Source: a virus
Taxonomy: Duplodnaviria; Caudoviricetes
Reading direction: 5' to 3' (one strand)
IMG/VR virus record: IMGVR_UViG_2690315746_000001
Span: 1-64,000 of that record
DNA: 64,000 bases
Shown: in pieces, positions 1-9,196 of the stretch
Layout: every line of letters begins with the position of its first letter
Position numbering within the stretch: the first letter of the stretch is position 1
Program-made: the position numbers and the translations under genes
The notes under the pieces: generated by a model
The model's database searches: none
What the model saw: the letters and a program-made list of their open reading frames with translations, nothing else
What the model was told of the DNA's origin: nothing

Positions 1-22
1 TCCCCACAGGAGCATATCCAAT

Positions 23-406
23 ATGGCCGCCAAGACCCCGACGACGTTGCAGATCCCGGTGCCCGGCGTCAGCAATCCCTACAGCGGCTCGCCGCTGTTC
101 GTCTTCACCGCCGGCATCGAGAACTACGAGAAGGTCCGGCTGAACCAGCAGATCGAGCTGGTGCTCGACGACGGCACGGTCCGCAAGGCCGCCGTCCATG
201 GCAAGACCGTCGCGCCGGTGATCGACCTCATCGTCGCCAGCGGCTCGCAGTCGATCCAGGCGGTCGGCCGCGTCTACTCGGCCTCGAGCCTGGTGCAGGT
301 CCTCACCGACCAGATCCCCGAGGAGGTCCTCGACGTGACCAAGCTCTACACCGCCCTCCAGGTGGTGCTGCAGGCCGAGACCCTGCCGTCGACCCCGACG
401 GTCTGA
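23..406 (+). CDS. Hypothetical protein
   Basis: AGGAG RBS at 8-12, GC3-rich codons; ATG lies inside a motif-A copy. Confidence 0.75.
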   Translation: MAAKTPTTLQIPVPGVSNPYSGSPLFVFTAGIENYEKVRLNQQIELVLDDGTVRKAAVHGKTVAPVIDLIVASGSQSIQAVGRVYSASSLVQVLTDQIPEEVLDVTKLYTALQVVLQAETLPSTPTV

Positions 407-435
407 TCTCCCCGCGAAAAATCGCCTGAAAAGAG

Positions 436-467
436 GGCCGCCAGTGCTTGCCGCTGGCGGCCTTTCT
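436..467 (+). terminator. Putative intrinsic terminator
   Basis: GGCCGCCAG/CTGGCGGCC stem followed by TTTCT. Confidence 0.55.
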
Positions 468-484
468 ATGTACGAAACGTACAC

Positions 485-943
485 ATGAGGAACACCGGCA
501 AGCCAACCGAGCGCATGTTCGAGGGCTCTATCGATGCTCTCGGCAAGCAAGGCTACTACTACCGCATCAAAGACGCAGCAGCGATCAAAGGACTGACGGG
601 TCGGGTTGGCACAGGCGTAGATGCGACGCCGTCCGACTACATCTGCGCGGTGAAGGGAACGACCTTCTTCTGCGAGGTGAAGTCGACCCAGCACGCAACC
701 CTGTTCGAGTTCAAGATGCTCCAGAAGGGGCAGAACGCGCACGGCAAGCGCATCATCGCAGCCGGCGGCAATTACCTGGTGATGATCCACCGGATGCTCA
801 CCGACGAGTGGTTCCTGGTCGCCAAGAAGACCCTCGTCGATCACGAGACCGCCACCGGCCGCAAGTCGATTACCTGGGAAGAGCTGGGGACGTTCAGATG
901 TACAGTGGAAAAGACCCCCGCGGGGACACGCCCACGGTGGTGA
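485..943 (+). CDS. RecU-like Holliday junction resolvase (PD-(D/E)XK nuclease)
   Basis: PSDY...FCEVKST catalytic motif, 152 aa. Confidence 0.7.
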   Translation: MRNTGKPTERMFEGSIDALGKQGYYYRIKDAAAIKGLTGRVGTGVDATPSDYICAVKGTTFFCEVKSTQHATLFEFKMLQKGQNAHGKRIIAAGGNYLVMIHRMLTDEWFLVAKKTLVDHETATGRKSITWEELGTFRCTVEKTPAGTRPRW

Positions 944-1554
944 AGGAGGAGATCGTCCAGATCGGCGCCTACGAGGTGCCTATGGACGTCGTCCACCGCA
1001 CCGCCTTCGCACCCCAACCGGGCGCGCCGATGTTCGACTACATGATCGACGTCGAGACCACCGGGACCAACCCGGAGGAGTGCGCGATCATCCAGATCGC
1101 CGCGGTGCGCTTCAACCGGCTCACCAAGGAGATCGACCACAAGATGTTCGATCGGTGCCTCGCGGTGCCGGACGGCCGCTACTGGTCGGAGAGCACTCGG
1201 GACTGGTGGATGGGCCAGCCGCACGTACTCGAGGGCATCATGCGGCGCATGGAGGACCCGGCGATCGTCATGCGGGCCTTCTTCGACTGGGTCTGCGAGG
1301 GCTCGAGCATCTGCCCGCGGGCGTTCTGGGGCAAGCCCACCACCTTCGACTTCAACTTCCTGAACAGCTACTTCCGCCAGTTCGGGCTGATGCAGCCGTT
1401 CCACTACCGCGAGGCGGTGGACCTCAACAGCTACCTGCTCGGCCGCGGCCACGAGAACCGGCGCGAGTTCTGGAACACCATCGAGCCAGTGGGCGACGCC
1501 CACAACGCGCTCCACGACTGCCTCTACCAGATCCGGGCGGTCTTCAATGCGTAG
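940..1554 (+). CDS. DEDDh 3'-5' exonuclease
   Basis: MIDVETTG, FD and HNALHDC motifs; start placed at the GTGA overlap with the upstream stop (listed ORF starts 448). Confidence 0.85.
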   Translation: MKEEIVQIGAYEVPMDVVHRTAFAPQPGAPMFDYMIDVETTGTNPEECAIIQIAAVRFNRLTKEIDHKMFDRCLAVPDGRYWSESTRDWWMGQPHVLEGIMRRMEDPAIVMRAFFDWVCEGSSICPRAFWGKPTTFDFNFLNSYFRQFGLMQPFHYREAVDLNSYLLGRGHENRREFWNTIEPVGDAHNALHDCLYQIRAVFNA

Positions 1555-1795
1555 GCGCGCCTTCCTGGGCCTGCTGGGCGGCCTGGCGGCGACGCCGGTG
1601 GTCGCCCGGCTGCCGGAGCTGCCGGCGCCCCCGCCGGCCGGCCCCCGGATCACCGCCGGCTGGATCTCGGCCGAGGACATCGTCCGCAACAGCATCTGCG
1701 CCCCGAAGCTCCGCGTCTCGGTGCCGAACCCCCTCAACGGCCCTCCCACCATCCTCGAGGACCTGCCTCATGAACCGTCCCCGTCTTCTCGGTGA
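1547..1795 (+). CDS. Small protein with twin-arginine-like N-terminal signal
   Basis: MRRRAFLGLLGGLAATPVVA; overlaps both neighbouring genes. Confidence 0.55.
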   Translation: MRRRAFLGLLGGLAATPVVARLPELPAPPPAGPRITAGWISAEDIVRNSICAPKLRVSVPNPLNGPPTILEDLPHEPSPSSR

Positions 1796-2768
1796 CCCCC
1801 ACCTGGGGCGCCGCTTCAACAAGGGCATCCCGGTCGAGCGCCGCGGCGAGCGCGAGCTGCTGGTGCTCCAGCAGTTCAAGGCCGAGCTGACCGCGGCGGC
1901 GGCCGACCGCGTCGAAACGCACATCTGCCTGGGCGATCTCTTCGACAAGCCGCAGGTCGACTACGCGACCCTGATCCACGCGGCCTGCATCTACCGGGAC
2001 GCTGCCTCGAACTCGCCGGGCACCACCTTCTACATCATCCAGGGCAACCACGACGACAGCCGCGACCTCGCCGAGGTCACGGCCTGGGACGTGTTCCAGG
2101 GCCTGATCGTCACCAGCCCCAACATCGTCTGCGTGACCGAGCCGATGATCGTGCCGGACCTCGGCGCAGCTCTCTTCCCCTGGAAGCCGGACGAGACTGC
2201 AGTCGAGATGGTGGGGCGGGTAGCCATGGGCGGCCTTTACGGGGTCAAGCTGACCACGGCCTACGGCCATTGGGACGTCGATCCCCGGTCGGCCTCCCAC
2301 AACCTGATCCCGACCAAGGAGCTGGCGGCGCTCGGCATCACCAAGGCCTACACCGGGCACGTCCATCTTCCCTCAATATTGAAACGAGATGGTATCGAGG
2401 TGGAAGTAATAGGCTCGATGCAGCCCTACGCCCAAGGCGAGGACGGCGGCCAGGGCCCGGTGCGGTACGTCACCCTCTCAGCCGACGACCAGCTCCTCTA
2501 CTCGGCCGGCGCCATGCTCAAGGACTGCTGCGTCCGGGTGATCCTCAAGCCGGGCGAGAGCTGGGAGGGGCCGATCCCCGAGTGCCGGTCCTGGGACATC
2601 CAGCGAGCCCGCCCGGTCGACGCCGAGGCGCCGGCCGACGTCTCGATGGAGGGCTTCGACACCATGGCGGTGACCCTCCGAGCGCTCGACGACCACGAGA
2701 TCACCCCGACCGTCCGACAGCAGATCGACGGCAAGATCGCGGAGACCTTCGGCCGTGAGCACGTCTGA
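1770..2768 (+). CDS. Mre11/SbcD-like metallophosphoesterase nuclease
   Basis: GDPHLG, LGDLFD, GNHD and GHVH motifs; next to a Rad50-like ATPase. Confidence 0.9.
   Translation: MNRPRLLGDPHLGRRFNKGIPVERRGERELLVLQQFKAELTAAAADRVETHICLGDLFDKPQVDYATLIHAACIYRDAASNSPGTTFYIIQGNHDDSRDLAEVTAWDVFQGLIVTSPNIVCVTEPMIVPDLGAALFPWKPDETAVEMVGRVAMGGLYGVKLTTAYGHWDVDPRSASHNLIPTKELAALGITKAYTGHVHLPSILKRDGIEVEVIGSMQPYAQGEDGGQGPVRYVTLSADDQLLYSAGAMLKDCCVRVILKPGESWEGPIPECRSWDIQRARPVDAEAPADVSMEGFDTMAVTLRALDDHEITPTVRQQIDGKIAETFGREHV
2370..2407. repeat. 11-bp-period array (par-type motif D) inside the Mre11-like CDS
   Basis: CCCTC AATATT GAAAC GAGATG GTATC GAGGTG GAAGT; forces rare codons ATA, TTG, CGA, GTA. Confidence 0.65.
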
Positions 2769-3042
2769 GAAGGGCAAGTTCTACCTCACCGGGCTCGGGC
2801 TCCTGATGCGGGGCGTGACGTTCACGCCCCAGGAGCGCGCCATCCTCAACTACCTCTGCGCCGAGGCGGCGAAGAGCGACGCGGCCTACTGGGACGCGGT
2901 GACCGGCATCAAGCCAGGAAGCGACCTCTGGCACGCCATCGAGGGTCTGAAGAAGACCCTCCGCAGTCTCGGCAGACAGAACATCTTGCAGGCCCACTAT
3001 GATCGAGCAGCTGACGTTCACGGTCCGGTTCCCGCCCACTGA
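2755..3042 (+). CDS. Hypothetical protein
   Basis: Fills the gap between nuclease and ATPase genes; typical codon usage. Confidence 0.6.
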   Translation: MSTSEKGKFYLTGLGLLMRGVTFTPQERAILNYLCAEAAKSDAAYWDAVTGIKPGSDLWHAIEGLKKTLRSLGRQNILQAHYDRAADVHGPVPAH

Positions 3043-4924
3043 TCACTACCCGCTGGGGCGCGCCTTCGACCGCACCCTTGACTTCTCCGCCGGCATGACG
3101 GCGATCACCGGCGCCAACGAGGCCGGCAAGACGCTCGTCCTCGAGATGATCGAGTTCCTGCTCTTCGGCTCGGCCGCGCTGCGCGGCAAGGCCGAGGACT
3201 ACAAGGCCATGAAGGCCTCCGGCATCGTGCTCATCCGGGGCCAGCGCTACCGGATCGAGCGCACCACGCGCAACGCGGCGTTGCAGCTCGAGGGCGAGAC
3301 CCTGGCGGTCGGCACCAAGCCGGTCAACGCGCGCATCCTCCAGATCCTCGGCTACGGCCTCGACGTCTTCCGGGTCGCCAACGTCGCCAACCAGGGCGAC
3401 GCCGAGCGGCTGTCGAAGATGAAGCCGACCGAGCGCAAGGCGATGGTCGACAAGCTGATCGGCGCCGACCAGCTCGAGGCGGTCGCGAACTGGTGCGGCG
3501 ACCAGGCGCTCGGGGTCACCCGGGAGATCGCCGGTCTCGAGACCGGGCTCGCCGAGCCCCGGGAGCCGGCGGAGCCGGCCGATTACGGCCCGGCGAACGA
3601 GCTGCAGGATCTGGTGCGCGAGCTGCGCGCCGCGCGCGACCGCGCCGTCGAACTGCGGGCCTTCCTCGCCAACCCGCCGACCGTGCCGGTGCTCGGCGAG
3701 GCGCCCACCAGCCTCACCCTCGAGGCCCTGGACCGGGCCGATCAGGTGCTCGGCCTGCGCACCTACGACTTCGACCTCGAGGTCGTGACGGCGCAGCACG
3801 ACGCCTACGACCTGTGGAAGGAGCGGCAGGCCTTCGTCCACCGCGCCTTCCCGCAGCCGACGCTCACCCAGGAGCAGGTCGACGCCGAGCGCCGCCGGCA
3901 GGGGCTCAACGACGACCTCAAGCGCCTGCGCAAGAGCCCGGTGCTGACGTGCCCGTGTGGGAAGCCGTTCACCACGGCCGACGCGGAGATCGCCCGCATC
4001 GAGACCGAGCTGGCCGAGATCCCGGTGCCGGAGGGGCTCTTCGACCTCGACATCGAGGCCCGGGCGCTGCGCACCTGGTCGAAGCCGGAGGTACAGGCCG
4101 AGTGGCAGCGGCTGGCCGCCGTGCCGCAGACCGACGCACCGGAGCACAGCCCGAGCGAGGCCAAGGGCGCCGTCCACGTCAACGAGGTCCGGGAGGCCTT
4201 GGCGGCGCTCGGCCTCGCCGGCTGCTCCCGGGCCGAGATCCGCACGCTGGCGGCCGGTGTGCGGGCCCACCAGGCCACGGCGGCGGCGGTTGCCAGCGCC
4301 CAGGCGCGCCGCGACGAGTGGGACCAGCGTGCCGCGGTCGCCCGCACCCAGCTCGAGGAGCTGGAGGACTTCGAGCAGCTGCCGGCGCTCGAGGCCCGGC
4401 TCGGCCAGGCGCAGGTCTACGAGGCGCAGCTCGAGGCCTACACCGCGGCCCGGGCCGAGTGGGACGCCAAGCAGGCGCGCCTCGCCGAACTGCGCGACGA
4501 GCAGACCTCCTGGCGGAACGGCAAGGCCGCCATGAACGAGGTCCGCCAGGACACCAAGACCTACCTCGCGCCCGCGCTCTCGCGCGTCGCCTCGCACATG
4601 CTGGCCGAGATGACCGGCGGCCAGCGCGGGCGGATCGTGGTCGACGAGGACTTCGAGATCCAGGTCGACGGCCAGCCGCTCAACACCCTGTCGGGCTCCG
4701 GCAAGGTGTGCGCGAACCTCGCCGTCCGCCTGGGACTGGGGCGCATCCTGACCAACGGCGTCTTCCCCGTCTTCATGGGGGACGAGATGGATGCGTCCAT
4801 GGACGCGGACCGGGCCGGGCACCTCCACGACGCGCTGTGCGCGCTCGAGGGCAAGCTCCGCCAGATCCTCATCATCACCCACAAGACCCCCGCCTGCCCG
4901 CGGGTCATCAAGCTGGAGCACTGA
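2999..4924 (+). CDS. Rad50/SbcC-like ABC ATPase
   Basis: Walker A GANEAGKT, coiled coil with central CPCG hook, LSGSG signature, Walker B FMGDEMD, ITH switch. Confidence 0.9.
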   Translation: MIEQLTFTVRFPPTDHYPLGRAFDRTLDFSAGMTAITGANEAGKTLVLEMIEFLLFGSAALRGKAEDYKAMKASGIVLIRGQRYRIERTTRNAALQLEGETLAVGTKPVNARILQILGYGLDVFRVANVANQGDAERLSKMKPTERKAMVDKLIGADQLEAVANWCGDQALGVTREIAGLETGLAEPREPAEPADYGPANELQDLVRELRAARDRAVELRAFLANPPTVPVLGEAPTSLTLEALDRADQVLGLRTYDFDLEVVTAQHDAYDLWKERQAFVHRAFPQPTLTQEQVDAERRRQGLNDDLKRLRKSPVLTCPCGKPFTTADAEIARIETELAEIPVPEGLFDLDIEARALRTWSKPEVQAEWQRLAAVPQTDAPEHSPSEAKGAVHVNEVREALAALGLAGCSRAEIRTLAAGVRAHQATAAAVASAQARRDEWDQRAAVARTQLEELEDFEQLPALEARLGQAQVYEAQLEAYTAARAEWDAKQARLAELRDEQTSWRNGKAAMNEVRQDTKTYLAPALSRVASHMLAEMTGGQRGRIVVDEDFEIQVDGQPLNTLSGSGKVCANLAVRLGLGRILTNGVFPVFMGDEMDASMDADRAGHLHDALCALEGKLRQILIITHKTPACPRVIKLEH

Positions 4925-4925
4925 G

Positions 4926-5252
4926 GTGGTCGAGAAGCAGCTGCGCAGCCTCGGGCTGCGCTTCCCCGCGGCGGCGCCGCCGCCATCGCCGGACCAGATC
5001 CGGCACCCGATCGGCCGCCCACCGGCGGCCCGGCCCGGCTGGGAGGAGTTCCTGGTCGCCCAGAAGCGGGCGAGTGATGCCTGGCCGGCCGAGGCCGCCG
5101 GGCGGATCACCGCCGCCCGCCGGTGCTACGACGCCGGCACCCACGAGATGGTGAGCCTCACCACTCGCGAGGGCTGGACGCAGCTCTACTGCCGGCCGCG
5201 GCGCGTCCCGGCTGGTGCCCGGTCCTTCTTCGCCAGCGTCGGGGCTGCCTGA
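4926..5252 (+). CDS. Hypothetical protein
   Basis: GTG just after the upstream stop; TGATG coupling to the next gene. Confidence 0.55.
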   Translation: MVEKQLRSLGLRFPAAAPPPSPDQIRHPIGRPPAARPGWEEFLVAQKRASDAWPAEAAGRITAARRCYDAGTHEMVSLTTREGWTQLYCRPRRVPAGARSFFASVGAA

Positions 5253-5803
5253 TGGCCGGTCCCCTCGTCTACTTCGGCCGCGGCCGGCGCATCGACGTCT
5301 ACAACTTCACCGCCGCCGACCTTCCGCCGACCGAGATGGCCGCCGGCCAGGCCCGCCTCCACCGCTTCGGCGGCGCCGGCATCCCCGGCCGCGGGATGAC
5401 CGTCGCGCAGCACGCCTTCAACCTCTCCCACGTCGTCGGGGATTGCCCGGACCGGCAGCGCGCCGCGCTGATCCACGACGCCCCGGAAATGTTCACCGGC
5501 GAGGTCCCGCGCCCGATCAAGTCGGTCTGCCCGGACTTCGTCGCGGTCGACGACCGCATCATGCTCCGGCTCGGCGAGGTGTTCGGCGTCCCCGCCTGGG
5601 CCTTCGAGGCGATCAAGGAGGCCGACACGCGCATCGCCTCCGACGAGCGCCTCTTCATGTTCGATGACCTGGACCCCGAGGATGAGCAGCGCTGCCGCGA
5701 GCGGCAGCTCGGCATCACCATCACCCCGGTCACCGAGACCGTCGCGGCCAATGCCTGGCTGCGCCGCTTCTACCAGCTGTTCGGAGAGCCTACCCATGTC
5801 TGA
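5252..5803 (+). CDS. HD-domain phosphohydrolase (YfbR-like deoxynucleotidase)
   Basis: TVAQH...LIHDAPE...GEVPRPIK...EAD pattern. Confidence 0.8.
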   Translation: MAGPLVYFGRGRRIDVYNFTAADLPPTEMAAGQARLHRFGGAGIPGRGMTVAQHAFNLSHVVGDCPDRQRAALIHDAPEMFTGEVPRPIKSVCPDFVAVDDRIMLRLGEVFGVPAWAFEAIKEADTRIASDERLFMFDDLDPEDEQRCRERQLGITITPVTETVAANAWLRRFYQLFGEPTHV

Positions 5804-6293
5804 GAGCCCAACCACCGACTGGCACCTTCGCGACGCGCCTGTGCCGACACAGGAGCAGATCGACGCGCTCACGAAGGGTAAAGTCGTGCCTGGTGCAGGG
5901 AGTACGGAACGTACAGACGGCATGCTCCGCTACAATAGCGGCAAGCACCGGCTGACGTTGATCCCGGCGAGCCTGAACCGCTACACCAGCGCCGTGCTCG
6001 AATACGGGGCGATCAAGTACAGCGCCAACAACTGGCGCAAGGGCGGCAGCTGGACATCGGCGATCGACAGCCTCCAGCGCCATCTCGACGCCTTCCGGGA
6101 GGGCGAGGACTTCGACGCCGAGAGCGCTCTGCCGCACCTGGCGCACCTGGCCTTCAACGTGATGATCCTGATCGAATTCTTCGACAAGGGCTTCGGCACG
6201 GATGACCGCTTCCGCTACCCGGGCCAGCCGGTGGGCGAGCAGCTGCCCGGCCGCACCCTGATCTTCAACCAGCCGCCCGCCCGCGCCGCCTAA
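5796..6293 (+). CDS. dATP/dGTP diphosphohydrolase-domain protein (DUF5664-like)
   Basis: RYNSGK...LIP...YGAIKYSANNWRKG...SLQRHL...DAESALPHLAH. Confidence 0.8.
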   Translation: MSESPTTDWHLRDAPVPTQEQIDALTKGKVVPGAGSTERTDGMLRYNSGKHRLTLIPASLNRYTSAVLEYGAIKYSANNWRKGGSWTSAIDSLQRHLDAFREGEDFDAESALPHLAHLAFNVMILIEFFDKGFGTDDRFRYPGQPVGEQLPGRTLIFNQPPARAA

Positions 6294-6305
6294 GGAGCCA
6301 CCCTT

Positions 6306-6758
6306 ATGTCCGTCGTCCAGATCAAGCGCCTCACCGCGACCGCGAAGCTCCCGACCTACGGCTCCGAGCACGCCGCCGGTATGGACCTCCACGCCGACAT
6401 CCCCTTCCCGCTCACGATCGCACCGGGCCAGCGCGCCCTGATCCCCACCGGCATCGCCATGGCGATCGAGCCCGGCTTCGCGCTCCTGATCTGCCCGCGT
6501 TCGGGGCTGTCGTTGAAGAGCGGCATCACGGTCCACAACGGTCCGGGGGTGATCGACGCCGACTACCGCGGCCCCATCGGGGTGATCCTCCACAACACGA
6601 CCGAGGACAGCTTCTTCGAGGTCGTGCCCGGCGACCGGATCGCCCAGGGCGTCCTGACGCCGGTGTTCCGGGCCATCTTCGAGGAGGCCGACGCGCTCGA
6701 GGAGACGGTGCGCGGCACCGGTGGCTTCGGCTCGACCGGCGTGGGGAAGGCGGCATGA
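6306..6758 (+). CDS. dut: dUTPase
   Basis: All five motifs present: AGMDL, PRSG, GVIDADYRG, DRIAQ, RGTGGFGSTG. Confidence 0.96.
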   Translation: MSVVQIKRLTATAKLPTYGSEHAAGMDLHADIPFPLTIAPGQRALIPTGIAMAIEPGFALLICPRSGLSLKSGITVHNGPGVIDADYRGPIGVILHNTTEDSFFEVVPGDRIAQGVLTPVFRAIFEEADALEETVRGTGGFGSTGVGKAA

Positions 6759-7090
6759 GCGAGCCCGTCGACCCGACCCTGCCGCTGGTGCTCTTCGGCT
6801 TGCTCGTGGTGGGGCTGGTGTGGTTGCTGTTGCGACCCCGCCAGCCGCGACAGGCCGCCATGCCGAAGACCCCGCCGCCCCCGAAGCCGCTGCCGCCGGA
6901 GCTGCGGCCCAAGCCCAGCGGAACGGCGCCCGTCGCCGACAACGACCCGCTGCGGCCCCACCTCTTCGAGCTGGTCGCCGCGGCGATCAACGAGAATGCC
7001 GAGGTGAAGTGGTGGGACCTGCGGGACCTCAACTACGAGGGCCGGCCGCTCCCGAACTTCCGCATCACCATCGAGCGGATCAACGACTGA
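6755..7090 (+). CDS. Membrane-anchored hypothetical protein
   Basis: N-terminal TM helix and Pro-rich linker; ATGA overlap. Confidence 0.7.
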   Translation: MSEPVDPTLPLVLFGLLVVGLVWLLLRPRQPRQAAMPKTPPPPKPLPPELRPKPSGTAPVADNDPLRPHLFELVAAAINENAEVKWWDLRDLNYEGRPLPNFRITIERIND

Positions 7091-7098
7091 CCGACGAG

Positions 7099-7128
7099 GC
7101 CCGCCATATCGGATATGGCGGGCTTTCT
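7099..7128 (+). terminator. Hairpin terminator whose stem contains motif A
   Basis: GCCCGCCATAT-CGG-ATATGGCGGGC followed by TTTCT. Confidence 0.65.
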
Positions 7129-7170
7129 CGTTCTTGACCCCGGGCCGCGGGTCGGTGATCTTCCCGCGCC

Positions 7171-7419
7171 ATGAGCGATCAGACCAACGTCCCAACCGAC
7201 ACCCCAACCGACACCCGCGAAGCCTGGCTCGAGTATTTCGAGCCGCTGTTCGATCATGTGCGCGAAGAAGCCGCCCGCACCGGCGAGCCGCCAGAAGCTG
7301 TTGTTGGTCGGGTGGCTGCCGAGACCCTGGCAGATGCCGCCAAGCCCCTGGCCTTCCTTGTTGGCCTGGTCCGGCTCGAGATGATCCCGATCAAGCTGCC
7401 CCCGGAGTTCAAGCCCTGA
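7171..7419 (+). CDS. Hypothetical protein
   Basis: ORF with TGATG coupling to the next gene. Confidence 0.55.
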   Translation: MSDQTNVPTDTPTDTREAWLEYFEPLFDHVREEAARTGEPPEAVVGRVAAETLADAAKPLAFLVGLVRLEMIPIKLPPEFKP

Positions 7420-7637
7420 TGTCGGCTGACGTCATCCCATTCCGGGGCAACAAGCCCAAGCCCGTCCTGCCCTGGGAGGCGCCGCACCCACTGCCGTGGA
7501 CCTACGGCAACGGGTTCATCTGGGACGCCAACCGGCGCGTGGTCGGCTCGACGATCGAGAAGGCCAGCGCCGAGTGGATCGTCCGGTGCGTGAACGCCCA
7601 GCACGGCCTCCCAACCGAGGAGGCCGAGCCCGCTTAG
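7419..7637 (+). CDS. Hypothetical protein (MSADVIPFRG...)
   Basis: TGATG coupling; typical phage PLPW...IWDA small protein. Confidence 0.6.
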   Translation: MSADVIPFRGNKPKPVLPWEAPHPLPWTYGNGFIWDANRRVVGSTIEKASAEWIVRCVNAQHGLPTEEAEPA

Positions 7638-8143
7638 GGGCCGGCGTGCATCCGCGCCGCGTACTCGGCCATCTTCTCGAACCCGGGCGGCAGCGGCTTC
7701 TCGACCGTCTTCTCGCCGATCATGAAGCGGTCGACCATGACGTCGCTCGGCGTCGCCATGCCGGGCAGCCACTCGATCGGGTTGCACATCGAGTAGCCGC
7801 GCGACCAGACGTAGGCCGGCCCGTGCGGTGCCGTGGCCGAGGTCGGGATGCGCAGCAGGTAGCGGTCGCCCCCGAGCGGCCCGAAGCCGGTCTCGTAGTC
7901 CTGCGTCATCGGCGTGCGCGTGCCGTCCGAGTAGGCCAGGTAGCGCTGGACGCGCAGCGGGCACTGCTCGCGGCGGTCCACATGGAGCGCCACCTTCGCC
8001 GGCTCGCCCGGCCGGACCTGCTCGGTGAGCATCGTGCGCTCGAGCACGCTCACCGGGTAGCGGCTCTTCGAGATCCAGGTCCCGACGAGCCCGCCCATGC
8101 AGCAGAAGAAGAAGGCGCTCGTGGCGAACGCGACCTTCCGCAT
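7634..8143 (-). CDS. Membrane-anchored protein at the end of the lysis cassette
   Basis: N-terminal TM segment; TGATG coupling with upstream gene. Confidence 0.65.
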   Translation of the reverse strand: MRKVAFATSAFFFCCMGGLVGTWISKSRYPVSVLERTMLTEQVRPGEPAKVALHVDRREQCPLRVQRYLAYSDGTRTPMTQDYETGFGPLGGDRYLLRIPTSATAPHGPAYVWSRGYSMCNPIEWLPGMATPSDVMVDRFMIGEKTVEKPLPPGFEKMAEYAARMHAGP

Positions 8144-8574
8144 CAGCCGGGCAACCGGATGGCGCTGCTGATGATCTTCGATACCCAGCCCCAGATCTTC
8201 AGGAGCTGATCCCCGGCCAGCGAGACTGCGGCCAGGCCCCCCAGAAACGACGCCACTGACCATTTGATGACCCTCCAGATGCCGACGAGCACGCCGACCA
8301 GTTTGAGGATTGCCTTCACCCGGGCGATCTCGACCTTCTCCAGTCGGGTCAGGATCGCGAGGGCATCCTTGAGGTTCGCGACCTCCTCCTCGTCCATGCG
8401 GACCAGGATGTCCTGGAGGTCAGGGTGCATCTGACCCCAGCTCGGAACGTTGGGCCGGTCCTTTACGAAGGGACCCAGCTCACCGCAGCCGAGGAGAGCC
8501 CGATCGGGCTCCCGGTCGCGAGTGGGGACGTGGGGCAGCTCGCGCTGCCGCCCGCCAGGGCTACGCTGTGACAC
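8143..8574 (-). CDS. Holin-like membrane protein (start uncertain)
   Basis: C-terminal hydrophobic helices; lies in lysis cluster. Confidence 0.55.
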   Translation of the reverse strand: MSQRSPGGRQRELPHVPTRDREPDRALLGCGELGPFVKDRPNVPSWGQMHPDLQDILVRMDEEEVANLKDALAILTRLEKVEIARVKAILKLVGVLVGIWRVIKWSVASFLGGLAAVSLAGDQLLKIWGWVSKIISSAIRLPG

Positions 8575-8584
8575 ACGGGGACCC

Positions 8585-9193
8585 TCACTTGCGCTTGGCC
8601 GGCTTGCCCGGCACCAGGCCGGCCGGCGGCGGGCGCTGAACCACCCCGGCCAGGTTCTCCTTGGTCTGCTGCCAGGCGGTCACACCGGCGACGGCACCGC
8701 ACGGCACGAGCACGGTCACCAGCGTGGCGCCGAGCGCCACCAGGTGCGTGAGCGCGGTCGGGTCCTTGGTGGCCATCGTGACGATCGCCGCGGCGACGCA
8801 GCAGAAGCCGTAGGACCCGGTCACGGCGCCGAGCACCCACATGTTGAACGGGCGCGCCCAGCGCTGGAAGCGGTCGCCCGCCGTGATCTCGGCGCGCAGC
8901 GAGACGTTGGCCTGCTCGATCTGCACGCGCTTGGTGCGCTCGATCTCGATCTCGAGCCGCTCGCGGTTGTCGGCCTCGAAGTCCCGGGCGGCCTGCGCCG
9001 CGCCGGGATCGTTCTGGAGCTTGTCGGAGATGCTCTCCGGGGTCGGGTCGGCACCGATCGCCGTGGCGAGCGAGCCGATCACCGAGGCCGCGACCGCCCC
9101 CGGCACGCCGCCGATCAGCGTGCCGAGCAGCGGCGCACCGAGCCGCATCAGCTGGCCGGCGACCGGCCCCCAGTCGACGGAGGACAGGTTCAT
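8585..9193 (-). CDS. Holin (3TM-like)
   Basis: APLLGTLIGG N-terminus, ARP + two TM helices; directly follows endolysin. Confidence 0.7.
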   Translation of the reverse strand: MNLSSVDWGPVAGQLMRLGAPLLGTLIGGVPGAVAASVIGSLATAIGADPTPESISDKLQNDPGAAQAARDFEADNRERLEIEIERTKRVQIEQANVSLRAEITAGDRFQRWARPFNMWVLGAVTGSYGFCCVAAAIVTMATKDPTALTHLVALGATLVTVLVPCGAVAGVTAWQQTKENLAGVVQRPPPAGLVPGKPAKRK

Positions 9194-9196
9194 GGC

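Noticed and set aside
448-939. N-terminal extension of the 448-1554 ORF (likewise 1080, 5123, 5664, 52580, 53522 starts)
   Set aside because: The extensions overlap upstream genes or regulatory DNA; downstream starts with RBS or stop-start coupling fit better.
5252-6293. Firm call of a 2-aminoadenine (Z) genome system
   Set aside because: No purZ or DNA polymerase in the window; these hydrolases also occur in phages with unmodified DNA.
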